DNA of 64,000 nucleotides from Amoebidium appalachense (lineage: Eukaryota > Protista > Ichthyosporea), in NCBI GenBank assembly GCA_963693365.1, contig CAVNZM010000012.1, positions 310,001 to 374,000 of the forward strand, given 5' to 3'. The notes under the pieces are model-generated. The model saw only the letters and a list, made by a program, of their open reading frames with translations. It did no database searches and was not told the DNA's origin. A program made the position numbers and the translations under genes. Numbering within the stretch: the stretch's first letter is position 1; each line of letters opens with the position of its first letter. Shown piece by piece: positions 1 to 19,960 of the stretch.

Positions 1-773
1 GCTGTAAAAGTGACATTCGGGCTGCAAACTGCAAATGAAGTAGTAATATACCTAGTATAAATATATTCTATATTCCGCTATAAACGTTTTTTTTTTATTT
101 TTTTCTTGCGTTCTAATTTATTACCCTGCCCTCGAACAGCGCAAACTATGCCACTGTGCCAGGTGCACGCCCGGGCTCCACGCCTCACCATCTAGAGTTC
201 ATATGATGACGTCATCACTCTGCTGTATGCATCCACATTACGTACTGTTATCTAAGGCATAATTGATTGGAACCACAATGACGACGGTTTATTATTTTCA
301 AATACATAAATAATACTAATCGTTGGAATCTGTTTTAGTTAATCTTCTTTTTTGGGAGGCCCCCCGTTTGATGTGAGCAGCTTCAAGGCAGAGCCTGGCA
401 GCGAACGCCGAAGACTCTCGGATCTATTTGAGGATATTGCTTCATGTGATTGGTTGTTGCCATGTCGCGTACAGGCTTGGTCACGTATACACTACCCTGT
501 CTCCTCTGTAACGGAAGAACTAAATCTGTACCCTATGTACCTACTCCTTTCCCCTGTATTCGTTGTAGTTTATTAGCGGCATGTATGCCCCGGTGACCCA
601 GCTGGGGCACCACTATTAGAACACCCACACACTATAGCTACTTCCACCCACTGCAACCATTGTTCCCCTTTTTTTTTTTTTCCGGCTGTAATGCTGTGTA
701 ATGTTTAGTTCTAGGGTCACGCCGTAAGTTGCATGAAAACTACATACATTAGTTGCCCTGTTGCGTCTCCAGC

Positions 774-7290
<6,517 letters not shown>

Positions 7291-7300
7291 AGGCGCCGGG

Positions 7301-7334
<34 letters not shown>

Positions 7335-8027
7335 ATGGACGTGCACCTTTTTTATAGCACATTGCACGCAACACCATCATGTTACTGTCGGGCCTATTGT
7401 ACTGTGAACATATAGGATTTATTCAGAAATTTTAATGGCGGTGGTCAGACGGGGTGGTAGCTTTTGCAAGTCGCTAGGAAGGGGTGGCGGGGGGGGGGGG
7501 GGGGGGGGGGGGGGGGGTCATCGTTTTTTATTGAGTCAGAAGTCATAGTTCTGTATCATGGACGTCTTAAGGTAAATACGTAGTGGTAAAGCTGCAAAAT
7601 AACATATTTGTAGACCTAAAAGCAAGTGAGAATCATTTTTTTTGGTTGTTTTCGGTGTATAACAAACTGTAATAGTACAACAGCACCTACAAGAAAACAA
7701 CCAAAAAAGTACTAGGAATATTCCAACTGCACGAATGACAAATGAAGGCGTTATATTAATGATTACAACGGTTTGGTTGGGCTGAACTTCGGAGATGTCC
7801 CTTTGTGAATACCGTGACGGGGTTCTTGGTGAATAGGAAAATTTGTGTAACCCCCCCTCCCCTCCTTCCCCCCCTTCCTCCCCCCCCCCCCCCCCCCCCC
7901 CCCCCCAAAAAAAAAGGAGAAACTGTATTTCAGCAAGGTTTCCCCCCCCCGCCCCCCCCCCCCCCTCCCCACCACCACCACCACCACCACACCCCAACCC
8001 CATCTCCTCCACCGCCACCTCCTCCTC

Positions 8028-8064
<37 letters not shown>

Positions 8065-8065
<1 letters not shown>

Positions 8066-9600
8066 GAATCGTGATTCGTCGAAGACGACATCGCGGTAGA
8101 TGTTGACCATGTTGCCTCGTAGATTCATGATCTTGTGAGCCTTGCAATTGTTGGTGATGTTCCAGCCCACGTAGATGCCGAGTTTGACGGTAGAGGCCAA
8201 CTTGTCTCGTTTTGAGGCAGGCACGTGTACATAGGCGGGGCAGCCGAACACGTGCAGGTGGGAGATGTCAGGCTTGACACCGTAGAAGACTTCAAACGGA
8301 GTACGGCCGTTGGCAGCTCTGGCCGGGGTCACGTTGATGATGTAGGGCGCATGCTTGAGAGCAGCCCCCCACCGCTTGGGGGAAAGGGAGTCGTCCTTGT
8401 CCTGGTGAAGGAAGCACCGAACGATCTCTTGCAGATTCCTCATCTTCCGTTCAACGAAGCCGTTGAGCTGAGGGCGGTCAACCGGGGCAAACTCCTGAAC
8501 GATGCCCTTAGACTGGCAGTACTGCTCCATGGCATGGGAGGTGAACTCGGACCCGGAGTCGGAACGGAAGTGGGTCACCACCTTGTCGGGCTGCTTGTCG
8601 ATGCCCTCGACCAGGGCCTTGGCGTACTCGAGAGTCTTCAATCGATCACGGAGGAGGTACACGATGGTGTATCCGGAGGCATCACAGGTACAAACGAGGG
8701 CCACCTTGTAGCCACCATAGGAGACAAGGGAGGCTCAAAGAAGTCCATGTGCCACTTGGCATAGGGGAAGGGGCACTGGGTTCTGGTGCCGGGGAACGGG
8801 CCTTGGTGGTCTTGCCGGAGACACAGCCAAAGCAATCAGTGGTGTCAGCCACCGAGAGGGATGAGGGGAGGACCGTCACGAGGTCAGCTCTCACCATCTT
8901 GGTGAGGGTGGACATGGCATAGCGGCCGAGACGATGGTGCCAGAGCTTGGGATCAACGTTGACCTTGATTGACGTTGGCAACCAGGGCAGTGACGGACCG
9001 AGGGATGGAGGGACGTATCTCATAGTCGGTGAGGAAGTACAGTCCATCGTTGCCGGTGAGAGTAAACACGATGTTGCCACCACGAGTGTAGAGGAAGGAG
9101 GGGAATTCATCCTCATCATCGAGGTGGGCAAGGAGACCCGACTTGGAGGCCATCAAGGGGGAAATCAGGAAGGCCGGGGAGTCGGGCACATACTATTAGA
9201 GTGTGTTGAGGCTGAGAACCGAGGTAACTCCGTCGTAGTTGACAGCCAGGTTGATGATGCCATGGTGATGAGCAGTTACAATGCCGAGACCGTGGACTTC
9301 GGTCGGGGGGCACGGCTCGAGGGTGGAGAAGTACTCCTTGACGGGGCACACATGGACGTTGGAGGCCGAGTCCCGGCAGGGGTCCATGGTGAGGGAAGCC
9401 GTGGTTGACACGAGGGCAAAATGCACCTCTTTGGCGAAGATTCAGTGGGAACGTGCGCAGGTGATTAGTGGTCCCAGTGTGGGACACCGCCTTATGGTGG
9501 CCGGTGGTGCAAGGGATGGCACAGGCCCACACGGACCTAGCCCCCGAAGAAGTGGTGTTTCCGGTCGGTGTCCGGTCTTGGCGAATGCGTGCCTTCCTAT
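8065..9600 (-). mobile_element. Degenerate Ty1/copia LTR retrotransposon fragment (protease, GAG-pre-integrase, integrase; RT/RNaseH absent)
   Basis: Protease-like DSASNVHVCP (~9340-9385), LWHHRLGR...C-x2-C pre-integrase, integrase core FRSDSGSEF and PQLNGFVERKMR, then LHVFGCPAYVHVP and YRDVVFDES. Contains an in-frame stop (~9196) and frameshifts, and ends abruptly in a poly-G tract at ~8065. Confidence 0.9.
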
Positions 9601-10061
9601 TAGACAGCAGCACCCGCTCCCCTTAATGATTGGATGAAAACCACTCGCCGCGCCCCTCCTGCCATCCAGCTATGTGTATTATTTCTGTAAAATAAGAATG
9701 TGGTCGCAGATAGCAACAACATATCTAAATACTTCGCTTGATTCACCAAGCAGTCTATTTAGAGATGTATTTAGGCCAACTGATTGGTTGGAATAGTGTT
9801 CCAACAATCAGTGTTCACTAGGGAGCCGACTACTAGTGGTATATAGGCGGCGACTCGTTCTACTCGTCTTAGCTTTGTTTCCCCGTCGGCCCCTACTTAG
9901 CCCCACCCCCCGCCCGAGCTGTGTTGCATTTCCCCGTCTTTAGCTAGTCTCTTGCTGATTGGCTACGGCACACACACCCACACAGACACGCACCCACACA
10001 TGCACACATACATGTACACACGCACACACACACCGTACACACACACACACACACACAAACA

Positions 10062-10164
<103 letters not shown>

Positions 10165-10780
10165 ACACAAACACACACCCACTCATTGAGGGTAGTGGAG
10201 GGGGAGGATAGGGTAGAGGGGTTTTCTTCGTGCGATGTGTTTATTTGGATTTTGTTCGTAGAGGGGCAGTGCATGCTGTGGTATGTGTACGTTTCTGATA
10301 ATCGTGCCCGGGGGCACTTGGCTGAGCCGAGCCAATAAGCAAATCGAAAGCAACAACATATCTGAATATACCTTTGGGTCGACGTCCGTATTCCAGTGAG
10401 CCTACTTCTCATTTGAGTGACTCGAAAATCGTCTCTCGAGATATCTGGGATATCTCTTTTTCGTGTCCTTCGAATATATGAGCACATCAATAAAGTCATT
10501 ATAAAAATAAAAAAATTCAAAACTATGTTCTGTAAAAGCAACACCCATGGACGTAAACCTAAAATCAAAAAGAAGAATGACGATTCGTAACAAACCCATA
10601 TGTTTAAACATGTATGCAGAGTACCAATGCTAAGTGAAGCCGTAAATTTTTTTCTATATGACACGCATTTGGAAACATCCGATACGATGATCACGCGCCT
10701 AAATTCCTTGGTTTTATACAACTATGATTGGAACGTCCTGATTGGGGGCGTTCACCCCGGGCCCTGAGGCCGTTATAACA

Positions 10781-10894
10781 GCAAAATTATCCTGCTAAAG
10801 GCAGAATTATAATTCTGCTTTTTTTCAGAATGATTCCGCTTTTGCAGAATAATTCTGCTTTTTGCAAGTTGACTCTGCCGATGTGGTTGGGCCC
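10781..10894 (-). mobile_element. Terminal arm of a putative PIF/Harbinger-like non-autonomous DNA transposon
   Basis: 10864-10894 reverse-complements to GGGCCCAACCACATCGGCAGAGTCAACTTGC, which matches 59922-59952 at 29/31 positions. Inward of it lie repeated GCAGAATNATTCTGC-type palindromes. Confidence 0.55.
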
Positions 10895-11364
10895 CCATCA
10901 CGACGAGCTCGAGCTCCTCGAGATCCTCCCCCCTCAACCTCTTTTATATGGATCCTTATGCACCATATATGCATGCCCAACTGTTGCAATCAAGCCTTCA
11001 TGGGCAGGGGACACCACTCTTTGCCCCACATTCCTCACGCAGTGACCACACGCACACGCACGTGTCCTTGCAGCCATCAATAGTTGCAGCAGCACAGTCG
11101 AAGGGGACACCCGAGAGCATGCATGTTTTTGTCGGAAACATTACAACATTAACGGGCCCCACCAAGAGCACCTCCATCAGCAAAGGACAGCTAGCTAGAG
11201 CCTCCAAAGCCAACACCATTGCAAGCCACAACCTACGGCACATCACCCCCACAAACACCCAGCTATCAGTTTGATCACACAAAATTCAAAGAAGCAGTGT
11301 GGCCCCCATTTGAGGTGTCTGCCAAGTCTTCTATGGCACAGCCTGAGCATGGCCTTTTTTGTCT

Positions 11365-11417
<53 letters not shown>

Positions 11418-12020
11418 TGTGATGGTGGTGGTGGTGGTGGTTGGGGGGGGGGGGGTCTTCGAGCATGATCGAGCAAGTCTTTTTGTTATGTATTTACTCT
11501 ATGAACGAGATGTAAAGGCCATGATACCAGTGTGGCAACGTTCATCAAACCTACTAGTGAATAGAAAAGTGATCCCGGACCAGAGCTTTTATGAACCAAG
11601 TTTTATTACAAACCAAAGGTTAGATGTTGAAGAATGGAGCCCATAATAGCCATCTGCACACCCCGCCTAAACGGCAATAATGATCACAGTATTACTGTAC
11701 AGAAATGCACAGTCACGTGGTGGCTGTGCCCAGGTATATGCATTCAGCACACGAAACAGAAAAATGCCGTGGTACTAGAATGCACAATTAGAAGCCTGAA
11801 ACACAACCCTTGCTTTTATTTATACAGCCCTATTGATTAAACAATACAAATCTCCCTGTCTGTGCAGGCAATCTCGAATGTGCCACATACACACAAAATG
11901 TTACAATAACCTTGTTTACAGACCCATGTACATATGCATGTTGGCTCCCTGCAGCACCCCCTAGTAACCATACACCTTCACCATGCCCTTTTCTTCGCTT
12001 TACTCCTCCCAACATATCAC

Positions 12021-12481
12021 CTAGCGCTTTTTCAGCACGGCCGCAATCATATCGTTGACCACAGGCAACCTCGTCTCACTCAGAAAGTCCGTCTTCTTCA
12101 AACTCTCCCACCTACCATTCTCCATCGCCGTCTCATAAGGGTTACGCACCAGGTGGCAGCCGTCCCCAATCAGACCCCATGCAGGGTCCAAACTCTGCTG
12201 AAAGTAGCGCAGATATGTGCCCGGTGGCCCACCCACATGCTCCAACATGTACAGTTTACCCCCCGGTTTCAGCAGTGTGTATATATCGTCTAGGGCCTGC
12301 TTGACGTCAGGCACACTGCACAGCACAAGAATGCTCACCACTGCATCTGCCTGGCCGTGCCTGTTGGGGTCGGCAGCTAGGGTTGCCAGGGTGCCATGTA
12401 TCAGGGTGCCGTTTTTGATGTTGGCTGCCTTGATGGCGGCCTGCAGGGGCTCTTGAAAATGCGGGTTGGGCTCGACAAACT

Positions 12482-12522
<41 letters not shown>

Positions 12523-12663
12523 GGGGAAGGGGGGAAAAGGAGGGGAGGGGAGGGGAGACGTGAGTCGGGAGCTCGGGAGGAGGTTTGGCAAATAGAAGGG
12601 TGCAAAGGTACTTCGTGATGTGCTTTCTTTCTTTATATTTCTTTCTTCCTTTTTTTTTTTTCC

Positions 12664-12702
<39 letters not shown>

Positions 12703-12711
12703 AGAGGGGAA

Positions 12712-12751
<40 letters not shown>

Positions 12752-12856
12752 GTGAGTCGGGAGCTCGGGAGGAGGTTTGGCAAATAGAAGGGTGCAAAGG
12801 TACTTCGTGATGTGCTTTCTTTCTTTATATTTCTTTCTTCCTTTTTTTTTTTTTCC

Positions 12857-12895
<39 letters not shown>

Positions 12896-12999
12896 GTGAG
12901 TCGGGAGCTCGGGAGGAGGTTTGGCAAATAGAAGGGTGCAAAGGTACTTCGTGATGTGCTTTCTTTCTTTATATTTCTTTCTTCCTTTTTTTTTTTTCC

Positions 13000-13030
<31 letters not shown>

Positions 13031-13040
13031 AGGAGGGGAA

Positions 13041-13072
<32 letters not shown>

Positions 13073-13983
13073 GGCCGTGAGTCGGGAGCTCGGGAGGAGG
13101 TTTGGCAAATAGAAGGGTGCAAAGGTACTTCGTGATGTGCTTTCTTTCTTTATATTTCTTTCTTCCTTTTTTTTTTTTTTTTCCCGGGGGGGGGGGGGGG
13201 GGGGGGGGGAAGAGGGGAAGGGGGGGGGGGGGGGGGGGGGGGGGGGGAGGGGGGGGGGGGGGGGACGTGAGTCGGGAGCTCGGGAGGAGGTTTGGCAAAT
13301 AGAAGGGTGCAAAGGTACTTCGTGATGTGCTTTCTTTCTTTTGATTTCTTTTCTTTTTTTTTTTTTTCCGCAGGGGGGGGGGGGGGGGGGGGGGGGGGGG
13401 GGCTGCGTGAGAGTGCTAGGGGCTGAAGCAGAAAGGGACAGAAGAACAGATACGGTAGTGGGGCAACACAGAAGTTCGATGGAAGGTGCGCACGGGAGTG
13501 AGCAAGGGAGGGGGAAAGGGGCGGGGGCGGGGGGCGGGGGGACGGGGAGGGGGGGGGGAGGGGAGAGAGGGGAGGGGGAGGGGAGAGAGGGGGGGGGGGG
13601 GGGGGGGAGCGAGAGAGGGGGGGAAGAGAGAGAGAGGGGGGCGGGAGGGGGAGAGGAAGAGAGAGGAAGAGGGGGGAGGGGAGGGGGGAAGTGAGGTAGG
13701 GAGAGAGGAAGAGAGAAGGAGAGAAGAATGAAGAGGAAAAGAGAGAGAGAGAGCGGAAGAGAGGGAGGAAGGGACAGAGAGGGGAACTCCGGGAAAGGAG
13801 GGAGGGAAGGTGGGGGAGAAGGGGGAATGAGAGAGCAACAGAGAGAGAGAGGAGGGGAGGAGGAGAGGGAGTGAGAGGGGGAGGGGGGGGGGGGAACAGA
13901 GAGATGGAAAGGGGGGGGAGAGAATGAGGGGGGAGAGAGGGGGGGGGGGGGGGGAGAGAAGGGGGGGGGGGGAGAGGGAGGGG

Positions 13984-14072
<89 letters not shown>

Positions 14073-14892
14073 AGGCTCAAGCCAGGTGGAAGGGGGAGAG
14101 AGAGATGGGGGGCTGAAGCCAGGTGGAAGGGGGGGAATTAGGGCAGGCAGGGATGGAGGGCTGAGACGGAGGAAGAGGGGAGAAAGGGGGAGGGAGGGAG
14201 ATGGGATGGGGTAGAGAAAGAGCAAGGCAGCGCGCTCAAAGGTGGAGGAAAAAAGACAAGCACAACGAGTAGAAGACGGGGACATGCAGCCAAAGGACAG
14301 TGATACTGGTATGTTGGGTGGTGGGAGGGTCTGGGACGGACGGGGATGTCAAACTCACCGTGACAGACTCGACCCCTCCAAAGTGGCGGAGGCCTGCGCC
14401 CAGCCTGGAAACCGAACACCCAGTTAGATAAACAAAAACCTTAGACAGTGAACTAATAACTCGTAACCTTAGCCCCTGCACTCTCATCTTTCCCTCGAGA
14501 ATCACCCACTACAGTTACAACCGTGACCAGCACACCTTTGCATGCTTTCAGCAGCCTTCGCTCCCTGGTAGAGAACTTAGCACCACAACCCAACCCCACT
14601 TACCCGGAGCCTATTTCGATGATGTTTCCGGAAAGGTCCTTCAGCAAATCTTCCTCGTAGTGGGACATGCGCTGCAGGAAAAAAAAAAGGTGTCAGTCCA
14701 AGCACTTTAGCACATTGGGACAGCAGGCAACCAGAAAAACAAGCACACGCCCACCTCGTGCATGCCCTTGCTCAACGTGCCATACATCTTTGCAAACAGG
14801 AGCTGCCGTAAGTCCTCCCTGCTGGCAAGAGCCGCAAAAAACCCCGCCGTGGTGAAGCCCAGCACCAAGGCAAACGTGAAGATGCCTCGCAT
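12021..14892 (-). CDS. METTL7-like (thiol methyltransferase-like) class I SAM-dependent methyltransferase, 4 exons
   Basis: Exons 14892-14755, 14671-14604, 14404-14359, 12479-12021, all GT-AG and phase-compatible. Hydrophobic N-terminus, motif I IIEIGSGLGAG, then VEPNPHF, DAVVSILVLCSVPD, LLKPGGKLYMLEHV and DGCHLVR. Confidence 0.88.
12557..13370. repeat. Five tandem copies of a ~108-bp unit separated by variable poly-G tracts, in intron 3 of the methyltransferase
   Basis: The unit GACGTGAGTCGGGAGCTCGGGAGGAGGTTTGGCAAATAGAAGGGTGCAAAGGTACTTCGTGATGTGC... starts at 12557, 12749, 12893, 13074 and 13264. Confidence 0.95.
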
Positions 14893-15806
14893 TTTCAAGA
14901 GGGAGCAGCGAAGCTATCAACACAACGTGTGATGTTGAACTGAAATCTGAAGAAACGGAGAGCGGAATTCATACTTGGCTGTTCGCAATCAAAAATGCAC
15001 ACAGGAATGCTGATGATCACACCAAGGGCCGGATAGGCGGGATAGCCTTACCCTTAGATTTTTTCTTTTTCCCGGTGTATTATTTAAATAATCATATAGG
15101 ATATTGTTTTTAATAAAGTGTTTTCTCTTGGTTCAATGTTCATTATAGAAGGGGATATGTAATCCTTCCCTGGGACCTTCTTTTCTTTTATGTAACAAAA
15201 CCATGTTCAAACTTTTGGGCTTGGGGCGGGCTGATATATATCATCAGTCGTAGATCTCGAGGCGCCCAATGATTGGTTGGTGGCTCACAATATAAATTCT
15301 TCTAAAAAGATGCATGATAATTTATTTACAAAAATTGGTTTTTGTTTATGAATGATTTACTCTGCGATTATGAGTCTTTTTAAAACCTAACGAGATGAAG
15401 GTCAATTTGCCGCATTGCCGGTGGCTCAGTCGTCGGCATTTTATTGGCACTGGTGTCTGGCAGGTCAGCAGGTCATAGAGGACACGAAGGTCCGTCGGAG
15501 TCACGGACTCAGTTCGTTCACTTTGCCGCTTACAAAATCGCATACGCACATGCACGCATGCAACATTTGCCGCTCTGAAGATCTAGGTCTAGGTCAGCAA
15601 ATGAAGTCAGGTTGTCATCGTAGTTACATATAGTTTACTTCAGCATATCAATAACGTAAGCTAGAAAGTGGTGCGTAATCCTTTTAGCCAACTCCATCAC
15701 CCCCCTCCCCCCTCCCCCCCTTCCTCCCCCTTTCCCCCCCTCCCCCCCACGTGCACCCACCCACCCGCCCACCCCCCCCAACCAATGGCGTAGGCATAGG
15801 ACGGCC

Positions 15807-16743
15807 ATGGGCCTAGCGCGGCTTGTGACCCCCCGTCGGTGGTCCTTGCATCGACCCCTCTTTCTTGTGTTCCTGCTGGCTGCCCTGTGCGCATGCGCAC
15901 TGGTGCTGTTGCCTGGCAGCCTACCTTCTGTCACTCTCAACAACCAGCAGGAACGCATGTTTGACATCTACCCTGCAGCACACGATAGCAAGTCCCTGAA
16001 CGTATCACCACCACCTGCAGCTATATTGTCTGAAAGTGTTTCAAATGAGAGAAAGGGACCTCAGGAACCAGTATTGCCAGAGAAAAAGGACGAGAATGTA
16101 CATAGGGAGGAATATGACCCGTGGGAGGTGGAGAAGAAGCTAGATGCAGGCGAAAAAGAGGCTCCAGAAGTTGGAGAGGCGAATGGGGAAGAGGAAAACG
16201 GCGAACTTGAGGGAGCAGGAGACGAGTTGGTAGAGGAGGAAGGAGTGATAGGTGGGGAGGGAGTTGCAGATAGCAGGGAGCAAAAGGAGGGCCGGGGGTT
16301 GGGGCACACGGCGCCCACACCCACAGGATATACAAACATCACGAACACAACGGATGTTGTGGCCCCATATGTACCACAGATCTCGCCGGAGGCTAACATC
16401 ACCCTTGTCATCCTGGGCTACTACAGCGAGAGGGCACCCAACCTGCACCGTGCTATCAACTTCTATCGGCGGGTGCCGCTTATCAGGAGGGTGGTGTTAA
16501 TATGGAATGGGGACAAGAATGTGACGTTCGGATGGCAACCTGTGAAGAAAGGTGGGTCTGGGGCGAGGTTGCAGGAAAGCAGGGAGGTTGAGACCTTGTG
16601 TAGCATATGAACTGCCTCTCACGGGCTGTTGTTTTGTTTTGGTCTCTCCTCTCTGCATGTGTGCCGGTACGTGTGCACGTGAGGACGTGTTTGCTCTTGT
16701 GTGTTTGTGTGTTTGTGTGCGTGTGTGTGTTTACGTGTGTGTA

Positions 16744-16785
<42 letters not shown>

Positions 16786-17293
16786 GGCGCACCCGCGTGT
16801 GTTTGTGTGTGTGCGCGCCTGCCCGTGCGTGGTTGCGCTTGGCGCAGTGAGCAAGCCCGTGCAGGTGTGTGTGTGTGTGTCTCTGTGTGTGTGTGTGGGG
16901 GGGGGGGGGGGGAGGGAGGGAGGGGGGAGAGGGGAGTGGATGGTGTGTGGGTGGGGGGGACGGGCGGGCGGGGAGGGGGGAGGGGTGAGAGAGGGGGGGG
17001 GCGGAGGGGGGGGATTTTGTGCTACGTGTGCTTACATGTGTGCGATTATAGGGGTTGGGCGATTAATTGCCCTTGTAAATCTGTACATACTGGCTGGGCT
17101 GACCTGAACGGGTATGGGGGACTGTTGAGTGGGTGGATGGGCTCGTGGACCAAAGCCCACCACATGATGTAGTCGCAGAGATGTCATGTTTAAAAGGTGG
17201 GAGAGGGCCTTGGCGGGAGAGGGGAAAGAGGGGGGGAAGCGGGGTATTGCAGCAGTAAGAGGACTTAAAGGGCGTTGCCGTAGCCGTAGGGGT

Positions 17294-17324
<31 letters not shown>

Positions 17325-17691
17325 GGGGGGGGGGGGAAGGGGGGAGTGGTTTTTTTTTTTTGTGCCGAGGTGGTTCAACGCTTTTGTGTTTGTTTCAAAA
17401 TTGTTGGCAAAAGTTTGTAAACAGTTTCAGGTTGTTATACTTTCTTACCACCGGAATTTCTCCGTCTCTGACCCTTAGCCAATAGGATTTCAGGCGCCTG
17501 TTGATGTGCTCTACGGGCCCACCAACACGCTCTCCAACCGCTACAACCCATATTTGGTAGCCCCCCACACCGATGCGGTGCTGCTTGCGGATGATGACGT
17601 CATCATCCCCCTACTCGTCCTCCGCTGCCTCTACGCCATGTGGAGGGAGAGCCCCCACCGACTGGTGTCCAGCACACACACACGCAGGTAC

Positions 17692-17728
<37 letters not shown>

Positions 17729-18394
17729 CCTCTCCCCCTCTTGTAAGTACACACACAGGCAATGGTCAACAACCCCCCATGCCCCCCCAACCCCTCCCTC
17801 TGAACGCACACACAAGAGTTGCTCCCCCCCGTCCCCCCCCCCCCCTCTTTCTTCTAAACAATAAACAAACACACATACACAGGTATTGGCCAACTCCCCC
17901 CCCCCCCCCTCCCCCCTTCACCCACCCACCCACCCTATCAGACGCACACGCAGGCACTGCCCTTCCCCCTCCCCGCCTCCCCCCCCCCCCCCCCCCCCCC
18001 CCCTGAACACACACAGACACAGGTGCTGCACATCCCTACTCTTCCCTTCCCCCGCCCCCTCCGCCCCCGGCAAAAAAAAAAAAAAAAAAAATACAGCCGC
18101 AAGTACCGCACACACACTCCCAAACCCTCTTGCCCACAAACAATGCTTGCACGTTTGGACCTTTATCGTCCCCAGGGACCCCCCCCCCCCCCCCCCCCCC
18201 TCTTCCTACTCCCCCTGCCTACTCCTTACCCCTTTGCCGTGCCTCCAGCCCCCCTCCCCTGGGGCCTTACATACACATACACATACACGTGTAATCTCCT
18301 ATTTCCGAGTTACAGATGTATCCGAATTCAAACGAGAGAATTTGTTTAGGATAAAAAATGGAGAGGTGTGTGTGTGTGTGTGTGTGTGTTTGCA

Positions 18395-18426
<32 letters not shown>

Positions 18427-18659
18427 GAAGGGGGGATGGTTGACAAGGAAGAGAGAGACATGGAGAGAAGGAGAGAGACAGAAGATGGGGAGAGAGAGAG
18501 GGGGGGGGGGAGAGAGAGGCATGGAGAGGGAGGCAGAGAGGGATGCATTGGTGGTGTAGAGGTTGGGGTCAGGGGGGAGGGGGTAGAGGGAGAGGAGGAG
18601 GGGTAGAGATGTAAGCAAAGAAGGCAATTGATAGTGAGTACCGTTGCTGTTTGTCTGGA

Positions 18660-18727
<68 letters not shown>

Positions 18728-19186
18728 GGGAACCGTGGGAGACAGAGGATGGTGTGGACCGAGCCGGAAGGAGGGGTGGGGGGGGGAGAGAGAGGAGGCG
18801 GGGGGAGGGGGGATGGGGGGGGGGGGGGGGGGGGGTGGAGTGACCACAGGAACATCGAGGAGAAATACTCATCATGCCCCCGATCTTGGCAAGCACACAC
18901 ACATGCACACGCACCCCCACACCCCCACACATGCACCCACACACGTACAGATGCGTGCGCACGCACCCACCCACACCACACCCACCCACAAATACACACA
19001 CACGCACACACACACACACACACCAGCTACGTGAACGGCATCTACGTGTTCCAACCCCCCAACAGCACGTTCAACCTTGTTATGCCTGGCCATGGTATGC
19101 TGCTGCACAGAAAATATCTCGACATGTACTTCCAGGTACACCATGCATCCCCCCACCCCACCGCCCCCCAAACGCCAAACCCTCTC

Positions 19187-19236
<50 letters not shown>

Positions 19237-19366
19237 CTCCCTCCCTCTCCTGCTGCCTCGGACCGCTCATCCTCACCAAGATATGCACGGTTTGTCAAAA
19301 CGGAGCATCACCAGTGAACTGGCATTGCACAGTTGTATTGTAATAGCATCTGGCTATCCCTCCCCC

Positions 19367-19419
<53 letters not shown>

Positions 19420-19564
19420 CTTACCCCCCCCCCCACACACACACATACATACACACGCCCCCTCCCCATGCCCCCCCACCCAGCAACCCCACCTCCCATG
19501 CCCTTATTCCTACCTGCATCGTTTCAATTTACTCATCTCCTTTCCTCGTCTTGCAAACCTCCCC

Positions 19565-19598
<34 letters not shown>

Positions 19599-19850
19599 AC
19601 ACACACAGCACCCGCAGCTGGTATCCTACGTAGACAATCACTCTGGCCACTGCGATGACGTAGCTATCAGCATGCTTGTGTCACGTGCAACCAATCAGGC
19701 GCCACGAGCCATAGCAGCCAAGCAGCTGATTGGTCTAGCCACGCGCAAATTTGGGGTTGCCGTGGAGAATACGGGCACAGTGGGGTTGGATCATCAGAAG
19801 AATAGATGGGTTGTGAGGACAGAGTGTTGCAGGTGGGTGGGTGGGTGTGT

Positions 19851-19883
<33 letters not shown>

Positions 19884-19886
19884 GGG

Positions 19887-19960
<74 letters not shown>

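Noticed and set aside
204-217. Perfect palindrome TGATGACGTCATCA (CRE-like) upstream of the GT31 gene
   Set aside because: A single short site ~560 bp from the ATG. A similar palindrome occurs by chance inside a GT64 exon (~17590), so function cannot be supported.
12557-13370. Repeat-spacer pattern resembling a CRISPR array
   Set aside because: Repeats are ~108 bp, the spacers are poly-G, the array is inside a spliceosomal intron and there are no cas genes.
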